64,000 bases of DNA, taken from contig JASGHJ010000002.1 in NCBI GenBank assembly GCA_047602405.1, positions 1,920,001-1,984,000 on the forward strand. The letters run 5' to 3'. Numbering within the stretch: the first letter of the stretch is position 1; each line of letters starts with the position of its first letter. The notes beneath the pieces are model-generated. The model did not search any database. It was not told the DNA's origin and saw only the letters and a program-made list of their open reading frames with translations. Below, in pieces: positions 1 through 8,659 of the stretch. The stretch is from Anaeromyxobacteraceae bacterium (GTDB taxonomy: Bacteria > Myxococcota > Myxococcia > Myxococcales > Anaeromyxobacteraceae). The position numbers and the translations under genes were made by a program.

Positions 1-20
1 TGCCGGGGTTTGGCCCTGGA

Positions 21-72
21 TCCGTTCATCCCGAGCGTAGGGCCGCCTCCGGCGGTCCGGAGTCGAGGGACG
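21..72. repeat. REP-like intergenic element, copy 1
   Basis: Arms ATCCCGAGC (28-36) and GTCGAGGGA (62-70) enclose a GC hairpin; the same arms occur inverted at 27306-27325. Confidence 0.5.
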
Positions 73-88
73 AGCCCCCCGTCGAAAC

Positions 89-328
89 TCAGCTCGCCAG
101 CCGCACCTCGTCGAGGACCGAGTCGAACCAGGTCGTGACGGCGGCGCTGCCCCGCTCGTGCTCGAGCTTCATGAGCACGGCGACTTCGTCGAGGGTGAAG
201 CGCTTCGCGACCCAGCGGTCGAGGATGGGGGCGAGGGGCTCGCGCGGCATCGGGACGATGAGCGGCGGCGGGTCCTGGCGGTAGAGCCGCACGAACTTCT
301 GCTTCACGTCCTTGAGGGTCTCGTCCAT
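89..328 (-). CDS. small hypothetical protein (79 aa, MDETLKDVKQKF...)
   Basis: ATG at 328 with GGAGG-like RBS; protein-like composition unlike the shadow extension of the listed ORF. Confidence 0.6.
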   Translation of the reverse strand: MDETLKDVKQKFVRLYRQDPPPLIVPMPREPLAPILDRWVAKRFTLDEVAVLMKLEHERGSAAVTTWFDSVLDEVRLAS

Positions 329-496
329 GGCCTGCCTCCGGCGGCTGCTCCCTGGAGAACAGCAAGAGCCGCGCCATGTAGGCGCGGGCCAGTTCACCGG
401 TGGTTCGGACCGCCGTCGTCCTACCCCGGGGCCGCCGCACCCCACCGCACGCCACCTGCCCTGTCGCTCGAACACGGGATAAGGTGCAGAGCGGAC

Positions 497-1717
497 GTGC
501 CCCTCGCGCTCCCGAGCCTGCTCCTCGCGGCGGTCGTCGCCGCGGACGCTCCGCCGCGCACGCCGTGCGACGGCGCCCCCTGGTCCGCGCTCCCGCCGGA
601 CACCCCGGCGCCCCCGCCGCCGCCGACCGAGCGCCCGCCGGAGGGGCTGCCGGACTGGTGCCCGCCCGACTTCACCCCGCCCGAGCCCGAGGAGGGCGAG
701 CCGGTCCCCCGCCAGCCGGGCGAGCGCACGTGGGTGGACAGCGCGCACGCGTTCGTCGAGGCGAACGTCTTCCGGCCGGTGCGGTGGGTCGACCGCTTCT
801 TCTCCGACGAGCGCGCGCTCGAGGACGAGCGGGCGCGCTCCTTCATCGGCTGGCGCAACGAGCTCCGCCTCGACGTGGAGCACCACCCGGCCTTCGCGAC
901 GACCGTCCGCGCGAACCTCCGCTTCCCCGGGCTGAACCTCGTGCTCCGGCGGCTGCGGATCGTCGTGGAGGGCTCGACGCGCGACGCCCTCGGCAACCTC
1001 TTCCCGGAGGAGCAGCAGGGGCCGGCGGGGCGCCGGGCCCGCGGCGGCAACGCGGAGCTCCGGATCGACCTGTGGCGGGCGCTCGGCGCGCGCGCCGACC
1101 TCGGTGCCGGCCTCCTCTTCGGCTGGCCTCCGGGCGCCTACGGCCGCGCGCGCCTGCGCTGGCGCGCGGTCGCCTTCGACCACGTCGTCTACCGCAGCGC
1201 GCTCGCCGGATTCTGGCGCACCGACACCCACTTCGGCACGTCGTTCGACGCCCACCTCGAGCGGCCCTTCGCGCTCGCCTCGCCGGTCGTGGCCCGCCTC
1301 GGCAGCACGCTCGACCTCACGCAGGAGAGCCGCGGCCTCGAGTGGACGCCGGACGCGACCGTGGTCGTGGGGCTCGGGCCGCGGGCCGCGGTCGCGCTGG
1401 GCGCCTCGGCGCAGTGGTGGTCGCGGCCGGAGCCCGGCCACCCGAGGCTCGACCGCACCCGGGTCGGCGTCCGGTTCCGCCGCGACTTCTACCGGCGCTG
1501 GCTCTTCCTCGAGCTCGAGCCGGAGTTCTACTGGCCGTGGTCGCCGGAGCGGGGCCGCCACCCGGCCTGGGCGACCACCTTCCGCGTCGAGGTCCAGTTC
1601 CACGGCACGGCGCCTCCGGCGCGGCCGCCCGCCGCCGCACCCGGGGTCGAGCCCGAGGACGACGACGAGCCGGACGACGCGGCCCGCGATGTTGCCCCTC
1701 CGTCCGGCCGGCGGTAG
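497..1717 (+). CDS. exported hypothetical protein, probable outer-membrane beta-barrel
   Basis: GTG start, signal peptide (LPSLLLAAVVAA), Pro-rich linker, alternating aromatic/polar strands. Confidence 0.6.
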   Translation: MPLALPSLLLAAVVAADAPPRTPCDGAPWSALPPDTPAPPPPPTERPPEGLPDWCPPDFTPPEPEEGEPVPRQPGERTWVDSAHAFVEANVFRPVRWVDRFFSDERALEDERARSFIGWRNELRLDVEHHPAFATTVRANLRFPGLNLVLRRLRIVVEGSTRDALGNLFPEEQQGPAGRRARGGNAELRIDLWRALGARADLGAGLLFGWPPGAYGRARLRWRAVAFDHVVYRSALAGFWRTDTHFGTSFDAHLERPFALASPVVARLGSTLDLTQESRGLEWTPDATVVVGLGPRAAVALGASAQWWSRPEPGHPRLDRTRVGVRFRRDFYRRWLFLELEPEFYWPWSPERGRHPAWATTFRVEVQFHGTAPPARPPAAAPGVEPEDDDEPDDAARDVAPPSGRR

Positions 1718-1739
1718 CGTCGCCCGGGAGGGTGACCCC

Positions 1740-2834
1740 ATGGCCGAGCGGCTGCGCATCGCGGTGAACACCGGCGGCGGGGACGCCCCGGGCCTGAACG
1801 CGGTCCTCTACGGCGTGACGATGGCCGCGTACCAGCGCGGCTGGGAGGTGCTGGGCATCCCCTCCGGCTACGCGGGCCTGCTCGACACCTCGAAGATCGT
1901 CCAGCTCACCCCCGAGCGCGTCGCCGGGATCGTGTCCCAGGGCGGGACCATCCTCGGCACCACCAACCGCGGCGACCCCTTCCGCTTCCCCGTCCCCGCG
2001 GCCGACGGCACCGTCGACTACCGCGACGTGTCCGACCGGCTGATCGAGAACTTCAACCGGCTCGGCCTCGACCTCATGGTCGCGGTCGGCGGCGACGGCT
2101 CGCTGACGCTCGCGAACCGGCTCTCGCAGAAGGGCATGCCGGTGATCGGCGTGCCGAAGACGATCGACAACGACCTCGAGGGCACGGTCGCCACCTTCGG
2201 CTTCGACACCGCGGTGACCACCGCCACCGAGGCCATCGACAAGCTCCACTCTACCGCCGCCGCGCACGAGCGGGTGATGGTGGTCGAGGTGATGGGGCGC
2301 TACGCGGGCTGGATCGCGCTCAACAGCGGCACCTCCGGCTCGGCCGACGCGATCCTCATCCCCGAGATCCCGTTCGACATCGACCGGGTGTGCCGCCGCC
2401 TCGCCGAGAACGAGCGCCGCGGGAAGCGCTACGGCATCGTGGTCGTCGCCGAGGGCGCCGCGCCGAAGGGCGGCGCCATGGTGACGAAGGGCGGCGCGAC
2501 CGGCGGGCGCACCGAGGTGCTGCTGGGCGGCATCGCCGAGTGGGTCGCGAAGGAGATCGCCTCGCGCACCGGCAAGGAGACCCGCTCGCTCGTGCTCGGC
2601 CACCTGCAGCGCGGCGGCTCGCCCACCACCTTCGACCGCCTGCTCGCGCTCCGGTTCGGCGCCGCCGCGGTCCGGTTCGCGGCGAAGGGGGAGCGGAACG
2701 TGATGGTCGCCCTGCGCCCACCCGAGATCGTCGCCGTGCCCATCCCGGACGTCATCGCGCGCACGAAGCGCGTGCCGGCCGACTCCGACACGATCCTCAC
2801 CTGCCGCGACCTCGGGATCTCCTTCGGGGATTGA
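1740..2834 (+). CDS. pfkA: 6-phosphofructokinase
   Basis: TGGGDAPGLN, GGDGS, PKTIDND, FGFDTA, VMGR and LGHLQRGG motifs. Confidence 0.95.
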   Translation: MAERLRIAVNTGGGDAPGLNAVLYGVTMAAYQRGWEVLGIPSGYAGLLDTSKIVQLTPERVAGIVSQGGTILGTTNRGDPFRFPVPAADGTVDYRDVSDRLIENFNRLGLDLMVAVGGDGSLTLANRLSQKGMPVIGVPKTIDNDLEGTVATFGFDTAVTTATEAIDKLHSTAAAHERVMVVEVMGRYAGWIALNSGTSGSADAILIPEIPFDIDRVCRRLAENERRGKRYGIVVVAEGAAPKGGAMVTKGGATGGRTEVLLGGIAEWVAKEIASRTGKETRSLVLGHLQRGGSPTTFDRLLALRFGAAAVRFAAKGERNVMVALRPPEIVAVPIPDVIARTKRVPADSDTILTCRDLGISFGD

Positions 2835-2946
2835 TCCGGCCCGCCGGCATGCAGCCAGGCGGCCTTCCGGCGCAGCGACCCGGTCATCGTGGTGACCCCC
2901 GTCGGGCCACGTCGCGCCGGCCGTTCGCGGACGATACGATGAGACC

Positions 2947-4454
2947 GTGGCCCGCGCGCCGGCGCTCCTCGTCGCCCTCTCCCTCGGGCTCGCCGCCTCC
3001 GGGTGCGCGAGCGCGCGGATGGCGCGGTGCCCCGCGAAGGGCGGCCCGGAGTGGCGCGAGCTCGTCACCGATCACTTCGTCCTGCGCACGAACCTCCCCT
3101 CCGGGCGGGCCGCGAAGCTCGCCGGCCGGCTCGAGCGCATGCGGGCCGGCGTCGTCGCCGCGCTCGGCGTGCAGGCCGTGCAGCCCGGGCGCGTGGAGGT
3201 CATCGCGTTCCGCTCGAAGGCCGAGTACCGGGCCTTCGCGCCGGAGCACTCCGCCGGCTACTACCTGCGCTACTCCGGCGGCCCGCCGCGCATCGTGCTC
3301 TCGGCGCGCGCCGGCCCCTCCGAGCGCGCCCTGCTCGCGCACGAGCTCACGCACCACTTCATGGCCGGCGCCTTCTGGAGACAGCCGCGCTGGCTCTCGG
3401 AGGGGCTCGCCGTCTACATGGAGTCGCTCGGCGAGGACGACCCGCGGGACGAGACCCTCCACCTCGGCGGCATCCCGATGATGCGGCTCGCCCGCGCGCG
3501 GGAGGGGCTCGTGCCGGTGCGCGAGCTCCTCGCCTGGGAGCAGGACCCGGGGCGGCGGCTGACGCTCGAGTACTACGCGACGAGCTGGGTGCTCGTGCAC
3601 TGGCTCGTGCAGCGGCGGCCCCAGGCCCTCGCCGAGATCGAGCGGCGGCTCGCGGCGGGCGAGGACCCCGCGGAGGCCTGGGCGGCCGCCCTGCCCGACT
3701 ACCGGCCCGACCGCGGGACGGCGCTCGAGGGGCTCGACCTCGTGCTCACCCAGTACGTCGTGTACCAGATCGTCGGGCAATCGAAGGAGATCCCGGTGCC
3801 TCCCGCCGTGGGCTACTGGGAGCGCCCGATGCCCACGGACGAGGTCCACGCGCTCCACCTCACGCTCTGGAACAACGGGCCGGACCGCGGCCGGGCGGCG
3901 CTGCAGGCCGAGGTGGACGAGGCGCTCTCGGAGGCCCCCGATCGCCCATCGCGCTCTCGGTGAAGGCGCTCGTCCTCAAGGAGGGGAACGCCGAGGAGAT
4001 GGCACGGCGGTCCGTCGAGAGCTACCCGGGCGATCCCCGCGCGTGGATCTTCCTCGGGCAGGCCTTGCCGCCGGGCGAGGAGCGGATCCACGCGTTCCAG
4101 AAGGCCGTCGAGTACGCCTCCGAGAACCCCGCGGCCCTGATCACGCTCGCGAACGAGCTCGTCGACGCCGGCCGGTCCGGCGAGGCGCTGCCCTGGGCGC
4201 GCAAGGCGGTGAAGCTCGCGCCCTGGAGCCCGCCGCTCCTCGCCACCTACGCCCGCGTCCTCTCCGACCTCGGCCAGTGCGCGCTCGCCATCCCCCACCA
4301 GCTCCGGGCGGTGGAGGCGCTCCCGGAGAGCACCGGGACCGTGGAGCGCGCGGGCTACCTCGAGAAGCTCGTCGCCTACCGGAGCCAGTGCCGCCGCGGC
4401 GGCGCGCCGAGCGTCGCCGACGTGCCGCGCGACGCGGGCGGCGGCGGCCCCTAA
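2947..4454 (+). CDS. lipoprotein with HEXXH metallopeptidase-like domain and C-terminal TPRs; frameshift near 3940
   Basis: Lipobox LAASGC; AHELTH...WLSEGLA; a TPR-like region continues in the overlapping frame from about 3942 (SPIALSV...RAWIFLGQAL). Confidence 0.7.
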
Positions 4455-5449
4455 CCCTCCGCGGCGGCGCCCCGGCGCAGGAGCTTCAGCCCGCGCTCGA
4501 GCGCCGCGGGGACCGGCGCCGTGAACACGAGGCGCTTCCCGCTGCGGGGGTGGTCGAAGGCGAGCCGCCACGCGTGCAGCGCCTGGCGGCCGATCGCCGC
4601 CGCGGCCTCGCGGACGGGGTCGCCCCCGGGCAGCCGCGCCTCCCGCCGCGCGCCGCCGTACACCGCGTCGGCGAGGAGCGGGAACCCCGCCTCCGAGAGG
4701 TGCACGCGGATCTGGTGCGTGCGCCCGGTCTCGAGCGCGACCTCGAGGAGCGCCGCCCGGTCGCCGAACCGCTCCCGCACCCGCCAGCCCGTCACCGCCC
4801 GGCGCGAGGACTCCACCCGGCCCGTGTACCGGGTCCGGTCGCGGGGGTGGCGGCCGTAGGGCGTGTCGAGGCGGCCCTCGTCGGCGGGCCGGCCGTGCAC
4901 GACGGCGAGGTACGTCTTCTCGACCGTGCGCGCCTTGAACTGCGCCTGGAGGGCGGCGAGCGCCCGCTCGGTGCGCGCGACCACGAGGCAGCCGGAGGTG
5001 TCCTTGTCGAGCCGGTGGACCAGGCCGAGCCGCGGCAGCTTGCCGCCCGCGCCGAGCCGGTGGAGGAGCGCGTTCACGACCGTGGAGTGCGGCGAGCCGC
5101 GCGCCGGGTGGACCACCATGCCGGCCGCCTTGTCGAGCACCACCACCTCGGCGTCCTCGTGCAGCACCGCGAGCGGCAGGTCCTGCGGGACCGCGTCGGT
5201 CGGCTCGGGCGGCGGGACCTCGACCTCGACCGCCTCGCCGCCGCGGACGCGCGCCGAGGCCTTCGGGGCGCGCCCGTCCACGCGCACGTGCCCCTCCTCG
5301 AGGAGGCGCTGGACGCGGGCGCGGGACAGGCCGGGGACGAGCTTCGCGACGGCGGCGTCGAGCCGCTCGCCGGCGAGCGCCGGGGGGACGGAGACCGTCG
5401 TCCTCGAGGCTGCGCTGTGGACGGTCGGGCCGGGAGGGGCGGCGCTCAC
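4451..5449 (-). CDS. rluD: RluA/RluD-family 23S rRNA pseudouridine synthase
   Basis: S4-like N-terminus, DKAAGMVVHP, VHRLDKDTSG, TGRTHQIRVH, RQALHA. Confidence 0.9.
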   Translation of the reverse strand: MSAAPPGPTVHSAASRTTVSVPPALAGERLDAAVAKLVPGLSRARVQRLLEEGHVRVDGRAPKASARVRGGEAVEVEVPPPEPTDAVPQDLPLAVLHEDAEVVVLDKAAGMVVHPARGSPHSTVVNALLHRLGAGGKLPRLGLVHRLDKDTSGCLVVARTERALAALQAQFKARTVEKTYLAVVHGRPADEGRLDTPYGRHPRDRTRYTGRVESSRRAVTGWRVRERFGDRAALLEVALETGRTHQIRVHLSEAGFPLLADAVYGGARREARLPGGDPVREAAAAIGRQALHAWRLAFDHPRSGKRLVFTAPVPAALERGLKLLRRGAAAEG

Positions 5450-5712
5450 CGAATCTTCGACTTCACGTGACCCTTGGAGCGCAGGATCACGTCGACGATG
5501 GCCCGGTCGTAGAAGTTCGTCCGCTGGAAGAGGTCGGGGGACACGCGGGAGCGGTACAGCTCCCGGCCCTCCTCGAGCTCCTCCCGCACGGCGTCGAAGA
5601 AGTTGTCGTGCTCGATCCCGCGCACGATCTTCTCCTCGTTGTAGAGGGCGACGTCCGAGCAGATCGCCCGGGCGAGCCTCATCGCAGCCTCGGGCGCCTC
5701 GATGAGCGGCAT
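5446..5712 (-). CDS. 88-aa helical hypothetical protein
   Basis: Typical codon usage, 4-bp overlap with rluD, upstream promoter. Confidence 0.8.
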   Translation of the reverse strand: MPLIEAPEAAMRLARAICSDVALYNEEKIVRGIEHDNFFDAVREELEEGRELYRSRVSPDLFQRTNFYDRAIVDVILRSKGHVKSKIR

Positions 5713-5721
5713 ACGTCCGGC

Positions 5722-5750
5722 AGATTAGGCGACGGGTGCGGGCGGGTCAA
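5722..5750 (-). promoter_or_regulatory. sigma70-like promoter TTGACC-N17-TAATCT
   Basis: -35 at 5750-5745 and -10 at 5727-5722, about 10 nt before the ATG at 5712. Confidence 0.6.
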
Positions 5751-5775
5751 CGAAGCGGCGAGCCGCCGCGGGGCC

Positions 5776-6790
5776 CTACCCCCGCTTCGGCCCGGGCGTC
5801 GTGGGCGGCGGGGACAGGGCCGCGGCCATCCGCTCGAGGTACGACCGCGCCACCCGCTGTCCGTCGAGCCTGAGCTCGCGGGCGAGGCCGAACAGGATGC
5901 CGCGCAGGTAGACCGGCGCGGGCAGGGCCGAGAAGCGGTCCGCCTCGATGTTCTCGAGGTGGTGGCGCGTCACCTTGGTGCGCTCGGCCACGATCTCGGA
6001 TCGGGATGCCGCGGGCCTCGCGTACGCGGCGCAGCATCTCGCCCGTCCACGGGGCGTCCGCGGCGAAGGCCGGCATCGGCTCCTCGGCGCGCGGCGGGGC
6101 GGTCACCGCCTGGGGGACGGGCGTCATCGCGTTCGCCAGGCTCACCGGACGGTCGAGCCGGATCGGCGCCCTGCGGAGCACCTCGGGCGTCACCTCCGGT
6201 GGGCTCGCCTCGGGGTGCGGCGTCACCGGGCGCGTCAGGAGGAGGACCCCTCGACTCCGGGCTGCCTCCGGCGGCTCCACGCGCGGGGTGGGCGGCTCGG
6301 TGGGTTCCTCCCCGGTCGGCTCGGCCTCCGCGGCGGGGTCGGGCCCGGGGGCCGGCGACGCAGCCTCGAGCGCCGGCGGCGCAGCCTCGAGGGCCGGCGG
6401 CGCAGGCTCGGGGTCGGCCGGCGAGGCCTCCGGGCCCGCGGCGATCGGTCCGGGCGCTCCGGGTGCGGGCGGCACCTCGTCGGACGGCGCCCTCGCCGGG
6501 ATGACCGGCGGCAGCGACCAGGGCTGCACGCGCTGCGCGGTCGCGCCGTTGCCGGCGATGGTCGCGTCGTAGCGGGCGCGCGCCTCGGGGTCGAGGAGCG
6601 TCCTGTCGGCCTCCTCGATGCGGCGGTTCATGAGCTCCGCCTCGTCCGCGGACATGAGCGAGTACATCGCGAGCGAGCCCGGCCCGAAGATGCTGCGGGC
6701 GCGCTCAATCGCCTCCCGCACGGCGTCCTGCGCCGCGTCCGCCGGCACCTCGAGGATCTCGTAGAGGGTCTGGTCGTTGAGGCGCTTCAC
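5776..6790 (-). CDS. J-domain-like N-terminus, Pro/Ala linker and C-terminal RodZ/XRE-type HTH; frameshift near 5998
   Basis: TLYEILEV...LLDPEARARYD; LRRVREARGIP then IVAERTKVTRHHLENIEADRFSALPAPVYLRG in the adjacent frame. Confidence 0.75.
6360..6411. repeat. 21-bp in-frame tandem repeat (about 2.5 copies, PALEAAP)
   Basis: gcagcctcgagcgccggcggc / gcagcctcgagggccggcggc / gcaggctcgg. Confidence 0.7.
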
Positions 6791-7791
6791 GGCTCCCCTC
6801 CGGGGGGCGGCGGCGCGGGGGCCGGCGGCGTGGTGCGCGGGATCACCGCGTCGAGGGCGAGCAGCGCGTCGACGAGGCCGCCGAAGGCGCGCGCGGCCGG
6901 GGCGTCGGGGCGCTCGACGAGGAGCGGGCGGCGGGCGCGCTGCACGCGCCACATGTCGTCGTCGTAGGGCAGGTGGCCGAGGTAGTCCATCTGCAGGCCG
7001 AAGTACCTCCGCCAGGCCGCCGCGATGGCCGGGCCAATCTCCTTGTCCTGCGGGGTGCGGGCCTGGTTCACGACGAGGCGCGGGCGGAACGCCGCGAGCT
7101 GCCGCACGAGGTTCTGGCCGGCCTCCCGGTCGCGCTCCATGACGGTCGCGACGAGCTCCACCGGGCTGCGGAACGGGGCGGTGGTGAGGAGGGAGCGCAG
7201 CAGCGGGTCGTAGCCGAACACGTGCGCGACGTTGCGCAGCCGCCGCCAGAACGCCGCCTTCAGGAACCGGTAGGCGTTCTCGACCGAGGTCGGCTCGGGG
7301 ACGAGCACGAGCACGCCGTGGTCGGAGACGAGGAAGAAGTCGAGGACGTTCGAGTGGGTGCCCGCGCCGAGGTCGAGGATCGCGTAGTCCGAGTCGAGCT
7401 GCTGCACGTGGCGGAGCAGCCGCATCTTCTGGGCGTAGCGCGGGTTCGCGGCGTCGACGTGGTCGAGCGCGCCCGAGACGAGCGAGAGGTTCGCGATCCC
7501 GGTCGGGGTGAGCACGTCGTCCATCTTGCCGACGCGCCGCTCGATGAAGTCGGAGAGCGTGCGCTTCGGCATCTCGAGGCCGAGCGTGGTGTGGAGGTTC
7601 GCGCCGCCGAGGTCGGCGTCGACGAGCACCACCTTGCGACCCCGCCGGGCGAGCTCGATGCCGAGGTTCGCCGAGACGAGGCTCTTCCCGATGCCGCCCT
7701 TGCCGCCGCCCACCGCGATGATGCGGCGCGAGCGCGCGGGGACGCGCGCCGCGCGCGCGGGCGCCGCGCTCGGCGGCAACAGCTGGAGCAT
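6787..7791 (-). CDS. MinD/FlhG(FleN)-family P-loop ATPase (start uncertain)
   Basis: GGGKGGIGKS deviant Walker A, DADLGGANL, LDLGAG, PEPTSVENAY. Confidence 0.88.
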   Translation of the reverse strand: MLQLLPPSAAPARAARVPARSRRIIAVGGGKGGIGKSLVSANLGIELARRGRKVVLVDADLGGANLHTTLGLEMPKRTLSDFIERRVGKMDDVLTPTGIANLSLVSGALDHVDAANPRYAQKMRLLRHVQQLDSDYAILDLGAGTHSNVLDFFLVSDHGVLVLVPEPTSVENAYRFLKAAFWRRLRNVAHVFGYDPLLRSLLTTAPFRSPVELVATVMERDREAGQNLVRQLAAFRPRLVVNQARTPQDKEIGPAIAAAWRRYFGLQMDYLGHLPYDDDMWRVQRARRPLLVERPDAPAARAFGGLVDALLALDAVIPRTTPPAPAPPPPGGEP

Positions 7792-7936
7792 GGGGACGTC
7801 GCCATCCGGCCTATCGTAGACGTTTCGGGGGCCGAGTCCAAAACCGCTGAGTTTCACCCGGGGACTCGGCACGCTCCCCGGCCCACCTCGCGCACGCGCA
7901 CCGGATGAGCGGCCCCCCGGCAGCGGGCGATAGCGC

Positions 7937-8536
7937 CTAATCCAGCAGCTCGGCGTTCCAGTAGGCGGCGTCCGCCAAGGTGAGGAACGGTCGCCACTCG
8001 CGGTAGAACGCCCGGCGCGCGGCGTTCCGGAAGGTCGGCGTCCAGCGGGGCCGGGTCGGGTTGCGGAGCAGGCGCATGCTCGCCTCCTCGGGGGTCCGCC
8101 CGCCCTTCCTGAGGTTGCAGGGGATGCAGGAGCAGACGACGTTCTCCCAGCTCGTCGAGCCGCCCTTCGACCGCGGGACCACGTGGTCGAGGTTGAGCTC
8201 CGCCCTGCGGAAGCGCTTGCCGCAGTACTGGCAGGTGTTGTCGTCGCGCGCGTAGATGTTGAACCGCGAGAACCGCACGCGGGTCTTCGGCAGGTGCTCG
8301 TAGGCGATGAGCACGATCACCCGGGGGATCCGGATGCGCCGGTCGACCGTGTGGATCGCGTCCTCGTGCTCCGCGGCGGAGAGCGCCGCCCAGCTCTCGA
8401 AGTCGAAGAGCTGGAACGCCTCGTCGATGGCCCTCGCGGCGCCCTGGTACAGGAGCGCGAAGGCCCGCCTCACCGAGGTGATGTGGACCGGCTGGTAGAC
8501 GCGGTTGAGGACGAGGACGCCGGTGTCGAGTACCAC
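7937..8536 (-). CDS. HNH endonuclease
   Basis: VLVLN start; RDDNTCQYCG, LDHVVPRSKGG, WENVVCSCIPCNLRKG. Confidence 0.9.
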   Translation of the reverse strand: MVLDTGVLVLNRVYQPVHITSVRRAFALLYQGAARAIDEAFQLFDFESWAALSAAEHEDAIHTVDRRIRIPRVIVLIAYEHLPKTRVRFSRFNIYARDDNTCQYCGKRFRRAELNLDHVVPRSKGGSTSWENVVCSCIPCNLRKGGRTPEEASMRLLRNPTRPRWTPTFRNAARRAFYREWRPFLTLADAAYWNAELLD

Positions 8537-8659
8537 CCCGGGAGGATACTCCGGACCCTCGTCCGCCGCACGGGCGGCCGCCGCCCGGGCGCTCCCGGCG
8601 GTGCAGGGCACCTCGGAGCGCCGGGTGCAGGCCCCGCGCGGGGCCTGCCCAGGGGCCGG

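Noticed and set aside
7937..8536. HNH gene as part of a defence or mobile system
   Set aside because: No methyltransferase, cas gene, integrase or compositional shift nearby
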